Part shown: piece by piece, positions 62,491 to 64,000 of the stretch
Layout: every line of letters starts with the position of its first letter
Numbering within the stretch: the stretch's first letter is position 1
Assembly (NCBI GenBank): GCA_002269645.1
Contig: NIVC01000557.1
Span: 1-64,000, forward strand
Length of the DNA: 64,000 nt
Source: Macrostomum lignano
Taxonomy: Eukaryota
Direction: 5' to 3'
Translations under genes and position numbers: made by a program
The notes under the pieces: model-generated
Told to the model about the DNA's origin: nothing
The model's input: only the letters and a program-made list of their open reading frames with translations
Databases searched by the model: none

Positions 62491-63394
62491 CACTGAACAA
62501 AGCTTTATAGTAAAACGCAGTAAAGCAATTAGATTCTAACGGAATTGATTTTTGATTTGATCAACAAGAAAAGCAGCGGAAAATATAAATATCAGATACT
62601 TTATTTAATAACCATTAGTAAAGTTATATATATATGCAACTAAAAACTGTAGCAAAAATAATTTGTTACGAGTACTAACATTTCTACTGTACTACTACGA
62701 GCGTATATACAGTAGTAATTTTAGTAAACCCTAAGCGCATTTTATAACAATAATATAATCGAAATTATCACACAATTTCACATACAGATACTGTATACGC
62801 AGTAAATATTAGACATCTTTAGTATAATTGTGATTAAGTAACACCTGGAATAAATTTGTCTACGCAAAAACATTACTCCATGCAGCTGAACTCTAATGGC
62901 AACACTTTCTTTGAAAAACATTTCATGTACACAGCACACTTTGTTACTGGTAGTAGCATATAGTAGTAAACGATCACTCTTTTTAGGTAAAACAGTAAAA
63001 AATTTATTTCTATAAACTTCTCTATGCACAAATAAGCATTTTGAGGGGCGGAAATATGATTTCAAAAAGACGGCTATTAATTTTGTTTTGGTTGATAAAG
63101 AAAGCTATTGGATAGAAAGAAAGTACGCTCGTAGTATAAAATTAAAGTACAAAATCAAATCAAATACACACTACTATACACTACTAAGTAATATAGGTGC
63201 AGTACAAAGTTAACATTAAATAACAGCTGTAAATTCAGAAGCGGGAACTATTTTAAACTATATAATATGAAAATATGACGCACGTAGCTGTTCATGTTTT
63301 TTAAGCACTAAGAATGCCTCCAAAACCTTCTATATTAAAATTAAATTATGAGTACCATGCATTGTGTACAGTGGAAGAAAGGACGAGTTAAAAA

Positions 63395-63770
63395 AACTTG
63401 TACACAGAATAGAGAGAGACAGTACCAGAAACCCTTGTACACAGAATAGAGAGAGACAGTACCAGAAACCCTTGTACACAGCATAGAGAGTGACAGTACC
63501 AGAAACCCTTGTACACAGCATAGAGAGTGACAGTACCAGAAAAACCTGTACAGAGCATAGAGAGTGACAGTACCAGAAACCCTTGTACACATTACAGAGT
63601 GACAGTACCAGAAACCCTTGTACACATTATAGAGTGACAGTACCAGAAACCCTTGTATACCATCACAGAGTGACAGTACCAGAAACCCTTGTACACATTA
63701 CAGAGTGACAGTACCAGAAACCCTTGTACACCATCACAGAGTGACAGTACCAGAAACCCTTGTACACAGT
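63395..63770. repeat. 35-37-bp minisatellite (CAGTACCAGAAACCCTTGTACACAGCATAGAGAGTGA)n
   Basis: Direct reading. Confidence 0.93.
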
Positions 63771-64000
63771 ATGAATAAATATGGCACAATACGAATATCA
63801 TGCTTATACTAGATAGAACCAACAGCCCCACAGTAAAGACTGATTATCATTACAAACAATGCCAGTGTAGACATAAATTACTGTTGTTACAAAGCTGGGT
63901 AGATAAACAATAGAATGCATTATGCATACATGCACAGACGGAAGAAAAGTAATTAAACTTTTTTACCTGGAACATCTGCTCTATGATCATTAAATGACAT

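Overview
Eukaryotic (animal) genomic DNA, very repeat-rich. Host is probably a flatworm such as Macrostomum; this is an inference from the intronless GC-rich genes with CAG/GCN runs and the minisatellite load. (1) 1-7702: one arm of an endogenous Polinton/Maverick (adintovirus-like) element. It carries a frameshifted protein-primed DNA polymerase B with an endonuclease-VII-like zinc domain, an adenovirus pX-like ORF, an intact DDE integrase, a parvovirus-type phospholipase A2, two orphan ORFs, ~80-bp subterminal repeats and a candidate AGTAG terminus. No capsid, ATPase or protease gene is inside the window. (2) 7.7-13.9 kb: head-to-tail Helitron/Helentron-like units with long polypyrimidine tracts and short (TTAGGG)n. 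(3) Two ~490-bp MITEs, each with its own 8-bp target-site duplication. (4) A frameshifted secreted PAN/F-type-lectin-like gene. (5) A decayed LOA/R1-group LINE (ORF1; APE-RT-RNase H). (6) 28.5-64 kb: more than 20 different mini/microsatellite arrays, many sharing a GGCGC(C/T)AAA E2F-like core, including a foldback-like inverted pair. Two intact intronless host genes are embedded there: a Frizzled (FZD4-like) and a rhodopsin-class peptide-receptor-like GPCR. Most listed ORFs beyond 28 kb are translations of tandem repeats. All analysis was by eye; no database search was run.
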